Shown here: piece after piece, positions 27,537 to 37,278 of the stretch
Layout of the letters: every line of letters starts with the position of its first letter
Position numbering within the stretch: position 1 is the stretch's first letter
NCBI GenBank assembly: GCA_964658355.1
Contig: CAZZZJ010000001.1
Coordinates: forward strand, 1 to 45,791
DNA length: 45,791 nucleotides
Direction of reading: 5' to 3'
DNA from: Beijerinckiaceae bacterium
Lineage (GTDB): Bacteria; Pseudomonadota; Alphaproteobacteria; Rhizobiales; Beijerinckiaceae
Translations under genes and position numbers: made by a program
Notes under the pieces: model-generated
Seen by the model: only the letters and a program-made list of their open reading frames with translations
What the model was told of the DNA's origin: nothing
Databases searched by the model: none

Positions 27537-30500
27537 TCAGAGAAAATCCTGCGAGGTGCAGATGAAGTAGAACTGGCAATCGGGGCATTCCCTGGCCGGG
27601 ATCGGCTTGAACTCGCCCGCCTCGATACCCTCCAGGGCGCGGACGAACCTGTCCAACCCCTTCCCGTCCCCTTTCGGGGCGATGACCTCACGCTCGCCTG
27701 CGGCGGGATAGAACGCCTCAAGGCGGACATCCCGGCCCGAGAAACCCTGGCGGCCGGCTGCCTGCAGGAGTTCCCACACGGGCTTCTCCGCTTCGGCCTT
27801 CGTTTTCCTACCTGTCTTGAAGCGTTGGGCGACGATGGTACCCGACGGCGTCTGCAGCACCCTGTCCGGTCGAAGCGCGATCCGTCTTCCGGCCAACGTG
27901 ACCGTCCAAGCGTTGTCGAGGGTCACCTCCCGGGCGTCGATGGCCGTTGCGGACCGTTCGACCATCCGCGTCGCCTCCGTGCGATAGATCGCCTCGAACG
28001 GATGATCGGTCGGGCCCCGCTTCGGCCAGATCTCCGTCAGATGCGCGACCGCGGCCTCGGGGGTGACGACGTCACCCTTCGCGACGCCCTCGCAGATCCA
28101 GGCGACGGTCTGGCGAACGCATCCATGGAAGCGGAGATACCCGCTCCTCTCAGCCAGGTGGCCCAGCCCGTCGACATGCTCGTAACGATACCTGGCCGGG
28201 CATTTCATGTAGGTTTCGAGATGCCGGAACTCGTATTCCGCCCTGGGTTCCGGCGGTGCCAGGGTCGCAACACCCACCGACGGCGAACGGGCGGGGGCGA
28301 GCCGCGCCGGCGGCAGGACGCCACCGATCGTCCCGAGGTAGCGCGACGGATTACAGGTCTGCTTCTCCGTGTAGCGCTTCGCGTTGCTCACGGTCATGAC
28401 GTCGCGCGCGCGGGACAGCGCGACGAAGAACAGGCATTCCTCCTCCGCCGCATGATCCTCCGGCGGCGTCTGGAGGCGTTCGAGCGACGCCGGGGCGGGG
28501 CACGTCGTCGGTCGTCGTTGCCCCGGGACGTATCGGGTGGCGACCTGCGGCAGGTGCACGGCCCGGAACTCCAGTCCCTTGGACCCGTGGATGGTCATCA
28601 CGCGCACCGCCGATATCCCGTCGGCTTCGGGGGGCACGACCCTGAACTGCCTGTCGTCGTCCAGGCGTTCGAGGCGGCGGATCTCGTTCAACAAGACCCT
28701 GCGGCCGCCGCGCCCGTCGTTCGCGTCATGGTGCTCCCGGCAGAACTTCAGGAGCTGATAGATCGCGATGAGGGATTGCCGCGAACGGACGTCGTTCGCT
28801 TCCAGCAGGGGCCTCAGATAGTCGCTGGCGTCGAAGAGATAGCTGGACAGGAGCTTCCAGGCGGTCGTCTTCCACGCCGTGCCCGCCAGGTGTTCGGCGA
28901 GAAGGCCGAGGCCCCGTCGGCCGCGCTCCGAGAGACCCGGCAGGTCCGCGGCACGGCCGCAGGTCGTGATGACATCCTCCTCGGCCGCATGCGCCGCCGC
29001 GATGACCAGGAGCGCGTCGTCGCGGGTCGCCCCGTATTCGGGGAATCGGGCGACCCGGATCAGGCCCGCACCGGCGGGGTCCGCGCCGAGGGAGACAAGG
29101 GCGAGCAGGTCCCGGATCTCGGGTCGCTCGAACACATCGCCCAGATAGAGGACGGGCACGCCTAGTTCCTGCAGGATGCGCGAGAACCGCGCGAGGCAGA
29201 GATGGGTGCGGCTCAGGATCGCCTGCTCGTCATAGGGGATGCCCTGCTCGCGCAGGCGCTCGATCTGGTCCCTCACGGCATGGGCCTCGGAGTAGAGGTC
29301 GGGAGCCGTGACATGGTCGACGAACCCGACTTTGCCCCGATGGGCCTTCCAGCTGACAGCCGGCAGGGGGGCCGCCGCGATGCCGGCCCCGTAGGTCTCG
29401 AAGACGCGCACCACCGTCTCGCATGACCGATAGTTGGTCTTGAGCTGACGACGTTCCGCGTCGGGGTAGCGCTCCGTGAACTCAGCTGCGTTCGCCGGCG
29501 CGGCGCCGCGGAAGCGGTAGATGGATTGCCTCGGATCGGCGACGACCCAGACCCGGAGCCCGCCATCGCTGATCTGTTCGAGGAGCGCGGTGCTGGCGTT
29601 GTTCACGTCCTGGTACTCGTCGACCAGGACGAAGCGGTGCTTCTCGCGCACCGCTTCGCGGACCTTCGGGTTCTCGGCCAGCAACCGGGCGGCCGTCCAG
29701 ACCAGGTCCCCGAAGTCCACGGCGTGGCTGCGCTCAAGCTCGGCCTGGTAGGCCCGATAGACCCGCGCGACCTCCATCGCCTTCTCGGCGCGTTCGCGTT
29801 CCTCCGGCGTGGAAGCGGCGTCGAGGGAAGCGGCCGCCGCTAGCCCGTATGCCTCGGCCGTCACCATCTCGTCCTTCGCGCGCGAGATCGCGCGCAGGAT
29901 CGGCCGCAGCTCCAGGGTCGGATCCCAAAGATTCTGGAAGTGACGGAGCCCGAGCGTCGGCAACAGCCGCTCAAGCATGGCGAGGGCGCCGATCTCGTCG
30001 AGAACCTCGAACGCCTGCGGCAGCCCGGCCTCGCGATGATAGAGGTGCAGGAGTTCGAGGCCGAAGGCATGGAAGGTGCCCACCCAGATGATCGGGGCGG
30101 CGACCGGATCCAGCATCTCGATGCGCTCGATCATCTCGGCCGCCGCCTTGTTCGAAAAGGTGAGCGCGAGGATGGCCGACGGCGGTACGTCCGTGGCGAG
30201 CAGGAACTCGATCCGGGCGATCAGCGTCCGCGTCTTTCCGGTGCCGGGCCCGGCGTCGAGGATGAGGGGCCGTTCGTCCCAGCGCGCCGCCTCAAGCTGT
30301 TGCGGATCCGGTGGAAGCGTCGCCCTCGGGCCGGGGGACCGCTCCGGCGGCGGCGCCAAGGGTGGCAGCAGCAGCGCCCGGATCGCCTGCATCCTTACGA
30401 AGTCGACGGGAAGCCCCAACTCCGCGGCGATGTCCTCGGGGCGCTTCCGCTGGGCGACCATCATCTCGTGGAGAAGCTCGGAGGGCAGCAAGAACTCCTG

Positions 30501-30902
30501 GGCGAAGATGTCGGCCTGCACCTCCATCCGTTGCCGGGGCGAGTAGGCCACGACCCGGTCGGCGCCGGTCTCGACAGGGCGGCCGCCGAAACCCGAGACG
30601 GTCGACCGCACCATGAAGGCCGTCTCGTCGTGCAGCCAGAAATGCCCGATCTCGTGGGCGGACACGATCACCCTTTGGTGGGCGTCGAGGTTCGACGCCA
30701 GCCGGACGAAGCCGCCGCTGCGGTCCAACGCACCGAGCACGCCGACGGCATATCGGGTCCCGGGTGCGAACCGACTGACCTGCAGCTTGGCGATCTTCAG
30801 CGCCGCCTTGACGAGGGCTTCGGCTGTCCGGGCCGTCGCGACCTCGCAAGCCTCGGCATGGCGTCGGCGCGCCTTCAGGCGGATATCACGCCAGGGATCC
30901 AC
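27537..30902 (-). CDS. ImmA/IrrE Zn-peptidase / UvrD-type SF1 helicase / PD-(D/E)XK-like Fe-S nuclease fusion
   Basis: AHEIGH..EVQADIFAQEFLLP; AGPGTGKT, LTFSNKAA, TFHAF, VDEYQD, DPRQSIYRFRGA, NYRS, TIHGSKGLEF, FVALSRA; CPARY..CPDCQFYFIC. Confidence 0.9.
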   Translation of the reverse strand: MDPWRDIRLKARRRHAEACEVATARTAEALVKAALKIAKLQVSRFAPGTRYAVGVLGALDRSGGFVRLASNLDAHQRVIVSAHEIGHFWLHDETAFMVRSTVSGFGGRPVETGADRVVAYSPRQRMEVQADIFAQEFLLPSELLHEMMVAQRKRPEDIAAELGLPVDFVRMQAIRALLLPPLAPPPERSPGPRATLPPDPQQLEAARWDERPLILDAGPGTGKTRTLIARIEFLLATDVPPSAILALTFSNKAAAEMIERIEMLDPVAAPIIWVGTFHAFGLELLHLYHREAGLPQAFEVLDEIGALAMLERLLPTLGLRHFQNLWDPTLELRPILRAISRAKDEMVTAEAYGLAAAASLDAASTPEERERAEKAMEVARVYRAYQAELERSHAVDFGDLVWTAARLLAENPKVREAVREKHRFVLVDEYQDVNNASTALLEQISDGGLRVWVVADPRQSIYRFRGAAPANAAEFTERYPDAERRQLKTNYRSCETVVRVFETYGAGIAAAPLPAVSWKAHRGKVGFVDHVTAPDLYSEAHAVRDQIERLREQGIPYDEQAILSRTHLCLARFSRILQELGVPVLYLGDVFERPEIRDLLALVSLGADPAGAGLIRVARFPEYGATRDDALLVIAAAHAAEEDVITTCGRAADLPGLSERGRRGLGLLAEHLAGTAWKTTAWKLLSSYLFDASDYLRPLLEANDVRSRQSLIAIYQLLKFCREHHDANDGRGGRRVLLNEIRRLERLDDDRQFRVVPPEADGISAVRVMTIHGSKGLEFRAVHLPQVATRYVPGQRRPTTCPAPASLERLQTPPEDHAAEEECLFFVALSRARDVMTVSNAKRYTEKQTCNPSRYLGTIGGVLPPARLAPARSPSVGVATLAPPEPRAEYEFRHLETYMKCPARYRYEHVDGLGHLAERSGYLRFHGCVRQTVAWICEGVAKGDVVTPEAAVAHLTEIWPKRGPTDHPFEAIYRTEATRMVERSATAIDAREVTLDNAWTVTLAGRRIALRPDRVLQTPSGTIVAQRFKTGRKTKAEAEKPVWELLQAAGRQGFSGRDVRLEAFYPAAGEREVIAPKGDGKGLDRFVRALEGIEAGEFKPIPARECPDCQFYFICTSQDFL

Positions 30903-30905
30903 GGT

Positions 30906-31511
30906 TCAGCCCTCGTCCGAGAGCCAGAACGCGATCCGGTCCTCATCCATGTCCGTATCCCTGATGGCTTCCTCCCACGTGCGTTGTCGGCCCGGCAGGG
31001 GATCGCCCGTCGACTTGAAGGCCGGAAGCTCTCCCTTGTCGTTCGTCGTCATGACGACCGCCTTGAACCAATCCGTGGCGGTTCCCGCGCGAGCGGCTCC
31101 GATTCGCAGGAAGCGACGCGGAATGGTCTCCTTGACGATCTCGCCGTCGTTGACATCCGTGACGATCGAGCGGGCGATGTCGATGCCGTCGGCGAAATCG
31201 CGCAACGTCAGGCCCACGGTCCGGAGCGCCTCACGCAGCGTCGACGGTGCCGTCTCGGACGTCATCCCGGGGGTCGGCACCGTGACCGGCTCGATCCGTG
31301 CCGGAGATCGGCCGGCCGAGATAGCCGCCCCGTTCGCCGAAGCCCGGAAGCTCATGTCGAGGAGCTCCACGGCATGCTCTCGGATATCCTCGGCATAATG
31401 CGGATACGCAGCGGTCCACCTGGCGACGAGCGTGGGCGTCACCGCCTGTTCCGTCGCCTCGCAATGGAAGCGGAAGAGCATTTCGTCGAGCTCATGGTCG
31501 GTCACGGTCAT
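30906..31511 (-). CDS. XRE-type HTH-containing protein (possible anti-sigma/repressor)
   Basis: LREALRTVGLTLRDFADGIDIARSIVTDVNDGE XRE pattern in the middle; ATGA overlap with the sigma-like gene. Confidence 0.7.
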   Translation of the reverse strand: MTVTDHELDEMLFRFHCEATEQAVTPTLVARWTAAYPHYAEDIREHAVELLDMSFRASANGAAISAGRSPARIEPVTVPTPGMTSETAPSTLREALRTVGLTLRDFADGIDIARSIVTDVNDGEIVKETIPRRFLRIGAARAGTATDWFKAVVMTTNDKGELPAFKSTGDPLPGRQRTWEEAIRDTDMDEDRIAFWLSDEG

Positions 31512-32170
31512 CGTCTGATGCCCAGTTGTTGATGGATCAGGGCGTGGGCTTTCTCGACCCATGCCTTCGCCGTTTTCGGGGTCACGCCCAGCATGGCCGC
31601 AATGCTTTCGCTTCGGCTTGCCGCGTCGTAGGCGAAGCCCGCCCTCCTGAGCAGGAACGCCTTTCTGTAATTGTCGGGCAGACCCGCGACGATGTCTTGC
31701 GCCATCGCCTCATCCTCCGGGCTCAGACCGTATCCATCCGGCCTTTCGAGCGCATGCCCCGTTACCTCGTCCGATAATTGTGGCTCGATGACCACCGTCT
31801 CCCGTCGCCATCTGCGCACATGATCGATCAGCCGATGTTCCAGTTTGTTGATGAACGAGTGTTCGAAACCACGGCCGTCGGCCGCATCCGGGTCGATGAT
31901 CGAAGCGACCATGTTCCCGACGACTTCCCCGATGGCATCCCGCCCCTCGTTCGGCAGTCGCCGGTCGACCCGCATCGCCAAGTGATCGGTCGCGAGCTTG
32001 GCGAGATGGTCGAGCAACCTCCCGCGCAGCAAAACGTCCCGCTCGGGATTCAGACGGCGACAGGCCGCCGCGATGGCCTGAGGCTTCGCCGAACGGAGGT
32101 CGTTCCGATTGATGCGATCGAGCCAATCCTCCCTGTCCACGCCCTCCGAGCCGTGTTCCTGGTCCTGCAA
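31508..32170 (-). CDS. ECF-like sigma-70 family factor
   Basis: Region 2-like FINKLEHRLIDHVRR; region 4-like LPDNYRKAFLLR....SIAAMLGVTPKTAKAWVEKA. Confidence 0.75.
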   Translation of the reverse strand: MQDQEHGSEGVDREDWLDRINRNDLRSAKPQAIAAACRRLNPERDVLLRGRLLDHLAKLATDHLAMRVDRRLPNEGRDAIGEVVGNMVASIIDPDAADGRGFEHSFINKLEHRLIDHVRRWRRETVVIEPQLSDEVTGHALERPDGYGLSPEDEAMAQDIVAGLPDNYRKAFLLRRAGFAYDAASRSESIAAMLGVTPKTAKAWVEKAHALIHQQLGIRR

Positions 32171-32841
32171 TTGGCATTTCCTCGTAGGGCGTCTGCTTCT
32201 TCAGCGTATGAGCAGGCGTCGATCCGGTAATGGGGACGATATAAATCGGTGCGGGAGAAGCTCGCTCGCTCGTCACGGGGTACACTCGTCGAGGCCGATG
32301 CGGGTCCCTATCGTGGTTTCGCACCAACTTTAAGTTGGCATGATTTCGTGCGAGCTCCAAGGGACGGGAAGCATTCCGCGCACCTGAGGTGCCCTCGATC
32401 TTATACGAGCACAGCGGTAGATTTCGATCGAAGCGGTTGCCGGGAGGATCGTCACCGCAATAAGGTCGGTTCGTTGCAAAGATCATTGACCGATCTCGTT
32501 CGGCAGCGGCTCGACTTCATCCGTGCGAGAGCGCGGCGCGAAGTTCGCCAATACCGAACGGGATGCAATTTTCAGAGTACGACACCGCTTTTCACTATCG
32601 TTTGTAACTAGGACATCTGATCAAGCCGCACGAAGGATCCATTGGATAAGGTTCGAGCCTTCCGCCACGGTTTGTCGATAGCATCACGACGGTCCGTCCC
32701 ATCGGACCAAGCCCAGGGAATGGTTTACCACTTCCCACGACGAACCTCTAGTCACTAGAGAAGTCGCTTGGCCAATATACCCCTGTGGGGTATAATCCCA
32801 CCGTGTCGCAGAAGCACGGATCGACAAACGGGACCTTCGTC

Positions 32842-33657
32842 ATGAACATCGGGTTTTTTGCCGACGACATGTCGGCCAGCCAGGCGGCTCTCCTCGCGAG
32901 TGGGGGGTTGAGTGGTCATGATCCAGGAGCGCCGGGTGTCCTGGCCGGCAGCAACGCCCTCGCCGAGGCGATCCCGGATTACCTCGATGCGGCCACGGCG
33001 TCGGGACGGCACCTGATGGTTGCGTTGCCCCTGGCACAGCTGAGTAACCTCAGCATCCGGAGCCGCATCGACCTCGCGGTGATCGCGTTCGGCCCCAGCC
33101 TGGTCGCCCGCGATGGCGCCCTCCGGGCGATGACGGCGGGATGCACGTCTCGGACCGCAACCTTGGCACCGCCTTGGCTGCTCTCCGCGTCCGGTCGTTC
33201 GCGGCACGATCCACCCCATACGCTTCCGGTGCGGATGACGATGCTGCGGCCGTACGAGGCAGCCGAGATCCGGCGCGGCTGCAGATGCGGCGGCCTTCAT
33301 CGGCGCGCCGTCGGCCTTGCGGCCGCGTTGCGCATCGCGGCGGACGACCCCTACGCGCCGAGCCTCGATCCCGCCGAGGTCGCGAACCTGCTCGCGGCGG
33401 ACGGCGCGTCCACGACGCTGACCGACGCGGACATCGCGCTTCGGGAAGATCTGCTCGACCTCGCCGACGACCTCGACCGCGGACCCGGGCGGCGATCGGT
33501 ACCGAAGGAAAGCTGCCGCCGCCTGGCCGTTGCGGACCGTCGGCCCGGTCGACGGGGCTCGCTGAACCCGACCCAGTCGGTTGGGAACCGAGCGGTCCGA
33601 CCGGCGCCGGCGACGGTTCGTCACGCCGCCGACTGCCCTCGCTCCGCCATCGCCTAA
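32842..33657 (+). CDS. Hypothetical protein, degenerate ParA-like
   Basis: HLMVALP...IDLAVIAFGPSLVARDG echoes the ParA Walker B and following strand; no Walker A. Confidence 0.5.
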   Translation: MNIGFFADDMSASQAALLASGGLSGHDPGAPGVLAGSNALAEAIPDYLDAATASGRHLMVALPLAQLSNLSIRSRIDLAVIAFGPSLVARDGALRAMTAGCTSRTATLAPPWLLSASGRSRHDPPHTLPVRMTMLRPYEAAEIRRGCRCGGLHRRAVGLAAALRIAADDPYAPSLDPAEVANLLAADGASTTLTDADIALREDLLDLADDLDRGPGRRSVPKESCRRLAVADRRPGRRGSLNPTQSVGNRAVRPAPATVRHAADCPRSAIA

Positions 33658-33672
33658 GCCAAGGAGGTTCCC

Positions 33673-34005
33673 ATGAACGCCCGTACCAAGACCGACTTCG
33701 AGCAGGCCTCGCCCGGATCGACCGGCGGCGCAGCACGCCGTCCCGCCTGGCGGCGGAAGAACGAACGCGCCTCCCGTGCAAGCTCCCGGACGGACCGCGA
33801 CCGGACGAGGGGGGGCGTCCGGCCCTACACGGACGCGGATGTCCAGGGGTTCGATGTCTCGGGACCCGATCGGGAAAACCATTCAGACTCGACATTGCTC
33901 GATGTCGAGTTCGACCACGACGAACTGGGCGAGTTCATCCTGGGGCAGGTAGGTTCCGTGGCGCGCGCCATCTCCCACGAGGAGGACGAGGCCTTCTGGT
34001 TCTGA
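33673..34005 (+). CDS. Hypothetical protein
   Basis: AAGGAGG RBS; basic N-half and acidic C-half. Confidence 0.55.
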   Translation: MNARTKTDFEQASPGSTGGAARRPAWRRKNERASRASSRTDRDRTRGGVRPYTDADVQGFDVSGPDRENHSDSTLLDVEFDHDELGEFILGQVGSVARAISHEEDEAFWF

Positions 34006-34223
34006 GTGCCGTCCCGCGATGCGGGCGGAAGGTTGAGGGCGCCCAACGGACGGATGGCGCCGGCCGTGCCAAGGATGACGACGCGACCGCGCCGCCTGCC
34101 CCGGTACATCTCTCCCGACCGTACCGGGGCAGTGGCCGATCCCGGGCTCGTGAACGGAGCCTCGGCGCGGGTCTACAACGCCGCGCCAAGCCCGATGCGA
34201 AGGCGATGTTGCCAAGGCATTGA

Positions 34224-34652
34224 ATGGCGAACCCCTTCCAGGTTCGCCAGGATATGGGCGGCGTCCGCGCCGAGCTGGAACAGATTTCGCTGGAACGCGG
34301 CACGGGCCTGTTGGGAATCCGGAAGGTGTGTCGTGCCATGCCTTCCGGCGTCCATCCGGACTTCGTCGCGACGACCCTCGAATGTGCGCGTCGGGATCGC
34401 GGCCTGTCCCAGACCGGGCTGGCGCGCGTTCTGGGAACCAGCCAATCAACGGTTTCCAAGCTGCTTTCCGCCGGACAGAACCCCCGACCCGCCTTGAGGG
34501 CTGCCATCAGGCGTTTCGTCGACGACGCTCTTGGAGATGCCGGGTCCAAGCCGCCCGATCTGTTGGTCCTTGTCCAGGAGGCCTCCAATCACTCGGAGGT
34601 GTTCCGTAAACTGCTGTTCGCCGCCGTGAACCTGATGAATGAAAACGAATAA
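34224..34652 (+). CDS. XRE-family HTH protein
   Basis: RRDRGLSQTGLARVLGTSQSTVSKLLS. Confidence 0.75.
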   Translation: MANPFQVRQDMGGVRAELEQISLERGTGLLGIRKVCRAMPSGVHPDFVATTLECARRDRGLSQTGLARVLGTSQSTVSKLLSAGQNPRPALRAAIRRFVDDALGDAGSKPPDLLVLVQEASNHSEVFRKLLFAAVNLMNENE

Positions 34653-35140
34653 AATCTTCGCAGATTTATCGGGCTGCGGATCCTGACGCTCGCTCACGAA
34701 CCCCTCCTCGACTTTGCATCGTCGGGTCGTGGCTCAACGGTTCGCCCTTCGACGGTCGTTGGCAATCCCGGTAGCGCCCTGTCTGGCTACGCACCAGTGA
34801 ACGCATCCTCGGCCGCAGCAGGTATGCCCCCTCTCATTGCAATACGGGGCAACGTGAAGGACGAGGCGCCATCGTGTTGTAAGTTTCGGTGGAGAGCACT
34901 TGTCGACGGCCTTGACGACCGCACACCGCAGCAGCGCCGTCATCGACGCGGTTCGGTCCGACCATGAAGGACAACGAATTCCAATTCCATGGGGGGGGCG
35001 GCGAAGCAGAACGGGGCTATCCTGAACACGGGCATCGCGGACCCACGGATGGTCACAGTCGTATCGAATGCCGTGAGCTTCGCCGTGTACATTGCCAATT
35101 TTCCCGACACCATCGCGAATAAGCCGGTGCAGAGGGAATT

Positions 35141-35887
35141 TCAGGCCTTCGCGAACCCAATATCGGCCGCCACGGCGTCCAGCCGGTCGGACACGCGCTC
35201 CTTGCGCTCGGAATACCGGTCGACGAGGTAGACGGATCGCTCGCGGGTCAGCAGCGTGAACCTGCACAGCTCCTCGCAGACATCGACGACGCGGTCGTAC
35301 AGCGGTCCCGGCTTCATCCGGCCAGCCTCGTCGAACTCTTTGTAAGCCATCGGCACCGACGACTGGTTCGGGATGGTGATCATCCGCATCCAGCGCCCGA
35401 GGATGCGCAGGCCGTTCACGGCGTTGAACGATTGCGACCCGCCCGAGACCTGCATCACCGCCAGGGTCCGTCCCTGCGTCGGTCGTACCGACCCCTCGGA
35501 CAGCGGGAGCCAGTCGACTTGGCTCTTCATCACCCCGGTCATGGCGCCGTGACGCTCGGGACTGACCCAGACGTGCCCCTCCGACCAGATCGAGAGGTTT
35601 CGCAGCTCCTGCACCTTGGGGTGATCCGCGGTGGTGTCGTCGGGCAGCGGCAGGCCGTGCGCGTCGTAGATCCGGACCTCGCCGCCCATCGCCTCTAGCA
35701 GGCGCGCGGCCTCGTAGGCGAGAAACCGGCTGAACGAGCGCTCCCGGAGCGATCCGTACAGGATCAGGAAGCGCGGGGCATGGGTGAACAGCGTGGCCAC
35801 CTGCAAGTCTGCGGTGGTCGGAACGACGAAGTGCCCTTCGCTCAGGTTCGGCATTCCGTCGGCGAAGGGCTGTTTGGGCTTGTCCAA
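35141..35887 (-). CDS. arsH: Arsenical resistance flavoprotein ArsH
   Basis: [43 protein letters not shown]. Confidence 0.97.
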   Translation of the reverse strand: MDKPKQPFADGMPNLSEGHFVVPTTADLQVATLFTHAPRFLILYGSLRERSFSRFLAYEAARLLEAMGGEVRIYDAHGLPLPDDTTADHPKVQELRNLSIWSEGHVWVSPERHGAMTGVMKSQVDWLPLSEGSVRPTQGRTLAVMQVSGGSQSFNAVNGLRILGRWMRMITIPNQSSVPMAYKEFDEAGRMKPGPLYDRVVDVCEELCRFTLLTRERSVYLVDRYSERKERVSDRLDAVAADIGFAKA

Positions 35888-35908
35888 GGAGCTTCTATCC
35901 TCTACGTT

Positions 35909-35922
35909 TCAACGATGGTTGA
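35909..35922. promoter_or_regulatory. Probable ArsR operator (TCAAC-GATG-GTTGA)
   Basis: Inverted repeat in the short arsH/arsR divergent gap. Confidence 0.5.
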
Positions 35923-35934
35923 GATATTGACATT

Positions 35935-36297
35935 ATGATGGACGAACGGCAAGCCGTCGCTGCCTTCGCGGCCCTTGGGCAGGAACACAGGCTCCGCATC
36001 GTGCGCCAGCTCGTCACCGTCGGACCGGACGGCATGGCCGCCGGCATGCTGGCCGAGGCGGTCGGCGTGTCCGGCACCAATCTGTCGTTCCACCTGAAGG
36101 AACTGAGCCACGCCGGCCTCGTCGCCTCCCGTCGCGAGGGCCGGTCGATCATCTACAGCGCCGCCTACCCGGACCTGTCGGACCTGATCCAGTTCCTGAT
36201 GCGCGATTGCTGCCAGGGGCGTCCCGAGGTCTGCGCCCCCGCCGTCGCGGCGCTCGCCGCCTGTTGCACCCCCACCGGAGACACCGCCCATGCCTGA
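35935..36297 (+). CDS. arsR: ArsR/SmtB repressor
   Basis: FAALGQEHRLRIVRQL, NLSFHLKEL, RREGRSIIY, C-terminal CC..C metal site. Confidence 0.95.
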   Translation: MMDERQAVAAFAALGQEHRLRIVRQLVTVGPDGMAAGMLAEAVGVSGTNLSFHLKELSHAGLVASRREGRSIIYSAAYPDLSDLIQFLMRDCCQGRPEVCAPAVAALAACCTPTGDTAHA

Positions 36298-36817
36298 CCG
36301 CGTCTACAATGTCCTGTTCCTGTGCACCGGCAACTCGGCCCGCTCGATCCTCGCCGAGGCGATGCTGGCCAAGGAAGGCCAAGGCCGCTTCCGGGCATTC
36401 TCCGCCGGAAGCCAGCCCAAGCTCGACGTCAACCCGATGGCCGTCCAAGTCCTGCGCGAGTCCGAGTACCCCACCAAGGGCCTTCGCTCGAAGTCATGGG
36501 ACGCGTTCGCCGGCCCGGACGCACCGGTCATGGATTTCGTCTTCACCGTCTGTGACAACGCCGCCGGCGAGGCCTGCCCGTTCTGGCCCGGCCAGCCGGT
36601 GACCGCCCACTGGGGCATCGAGGATCCCGCCGCGGTCGAGGGCAGCGAGATCGAGCGGAAGACCGCCTTCGTCACCGCCCAGCGCTACCTCAAGAACCGG
36701 ATCTCGGCCTTCCTCGCCCTGCCGATGGCGAGCCTCGACGCGGTCGCCCTGACCGCCCGGGTCCGCGAGATCGGCCAGCAGGCCGGCAACACCTCGCCCC
36801 GTCCGGAGGTCGCGTGA
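36290..36817 (+). CDS. arsC: Arsenate reductase, LMW-PTP fold (thioredoxin type)
   Basis: FLCTGNSARS, TVCDNAAGEACP, HWGIEDP. Confidence 0.93.
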   Translation: MPDRVYNVLFLCTGNSARSILAEAMLAKEGQGRFRAFSAGSQPKLDVNPMAVQVLRESEYPTKGLRSKSWDAFAGPDAPVMDFVFTVCDNAAGEACPFWPGQPVTAHWGIEDPAAVEGSEIERKTAFVTAQRYLKNRISAFLALPMASLDAVALTARVREIGQQAGNTSPRPEVA

Positions 36818-37242
36818 TGGACGTCGTGATCTACCACAACCCGGATTGCGGCACGTCCCGCAACACCCTGGCCCTGATCCGCAACGCCGGCATCGAGCCC
36901 CACGTGATCGAGTATCTCAAGACGCCACCGAGCCGGACCCTGGTCCGCCAACTCGCGGAACGTGCCGGCCTCACCGTGCGCGGCCTCCTCCGCGAGAAGG
37001 GTACGCCCTACGCCGAGCTCGGCCTCGCCGACACGGCCCTGACGGACGACCGGCTTCTCGATGCGATCGAGACGCACCCGATCCTGCTGAACCGCCCGTT
37101 GGTGGTGAGCCCGAAGGGCGTCTCCCTGTGCCGCCCCTCCGAGGCGGTCCTCGACCTCCTGCCGGCCCAGCAGGGCGAGTTCGTCAAGGAGGACGGCGAG
37201 CGCGTCGTCGACGAGCACGGGCGCCGCGTCGCCACCGCCTGA
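36814..37242 (+). CDS. arsC: Arsenate reductase, glutaredoxin type
   Basis: IYHNPDCGTSRN, HPILLNRPLVV, CRPSE. Confidence 0.95.
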   Translation: MMDVVIYHNPDCGTSRNTLALIRNAGIEPHVIEYLKTPPSRTLVRQLAERAGLTVRGLLREKGTPYAELGLADTALTDDRLLDAIETHPILLNRPLVVSPKGVSLCRPSEAVLDLLPAQQGEFVKEDGERVVDEHGRRVATA

Positions 37243-37278
37243 ACCGTCCCAAGCCCCCAAGAACAAGAAACGGTCCCG

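Noticed and set aside
27537-30902. Housekeeping UvrD/AddA
   Set aside because: N-terminal ImmA peptidase, no addB partner, island context
27330-31532. Long plus-strand ORFs (611 aa and 530 aa)
   Set aside because: Antisense to the motif-rich peptidase-helicase gene
34653-35140. Possible ORFs or ncRNA between the XRE gene and arsH
   Set aside because: No recognisable motif, RBS or stable structure that I can support
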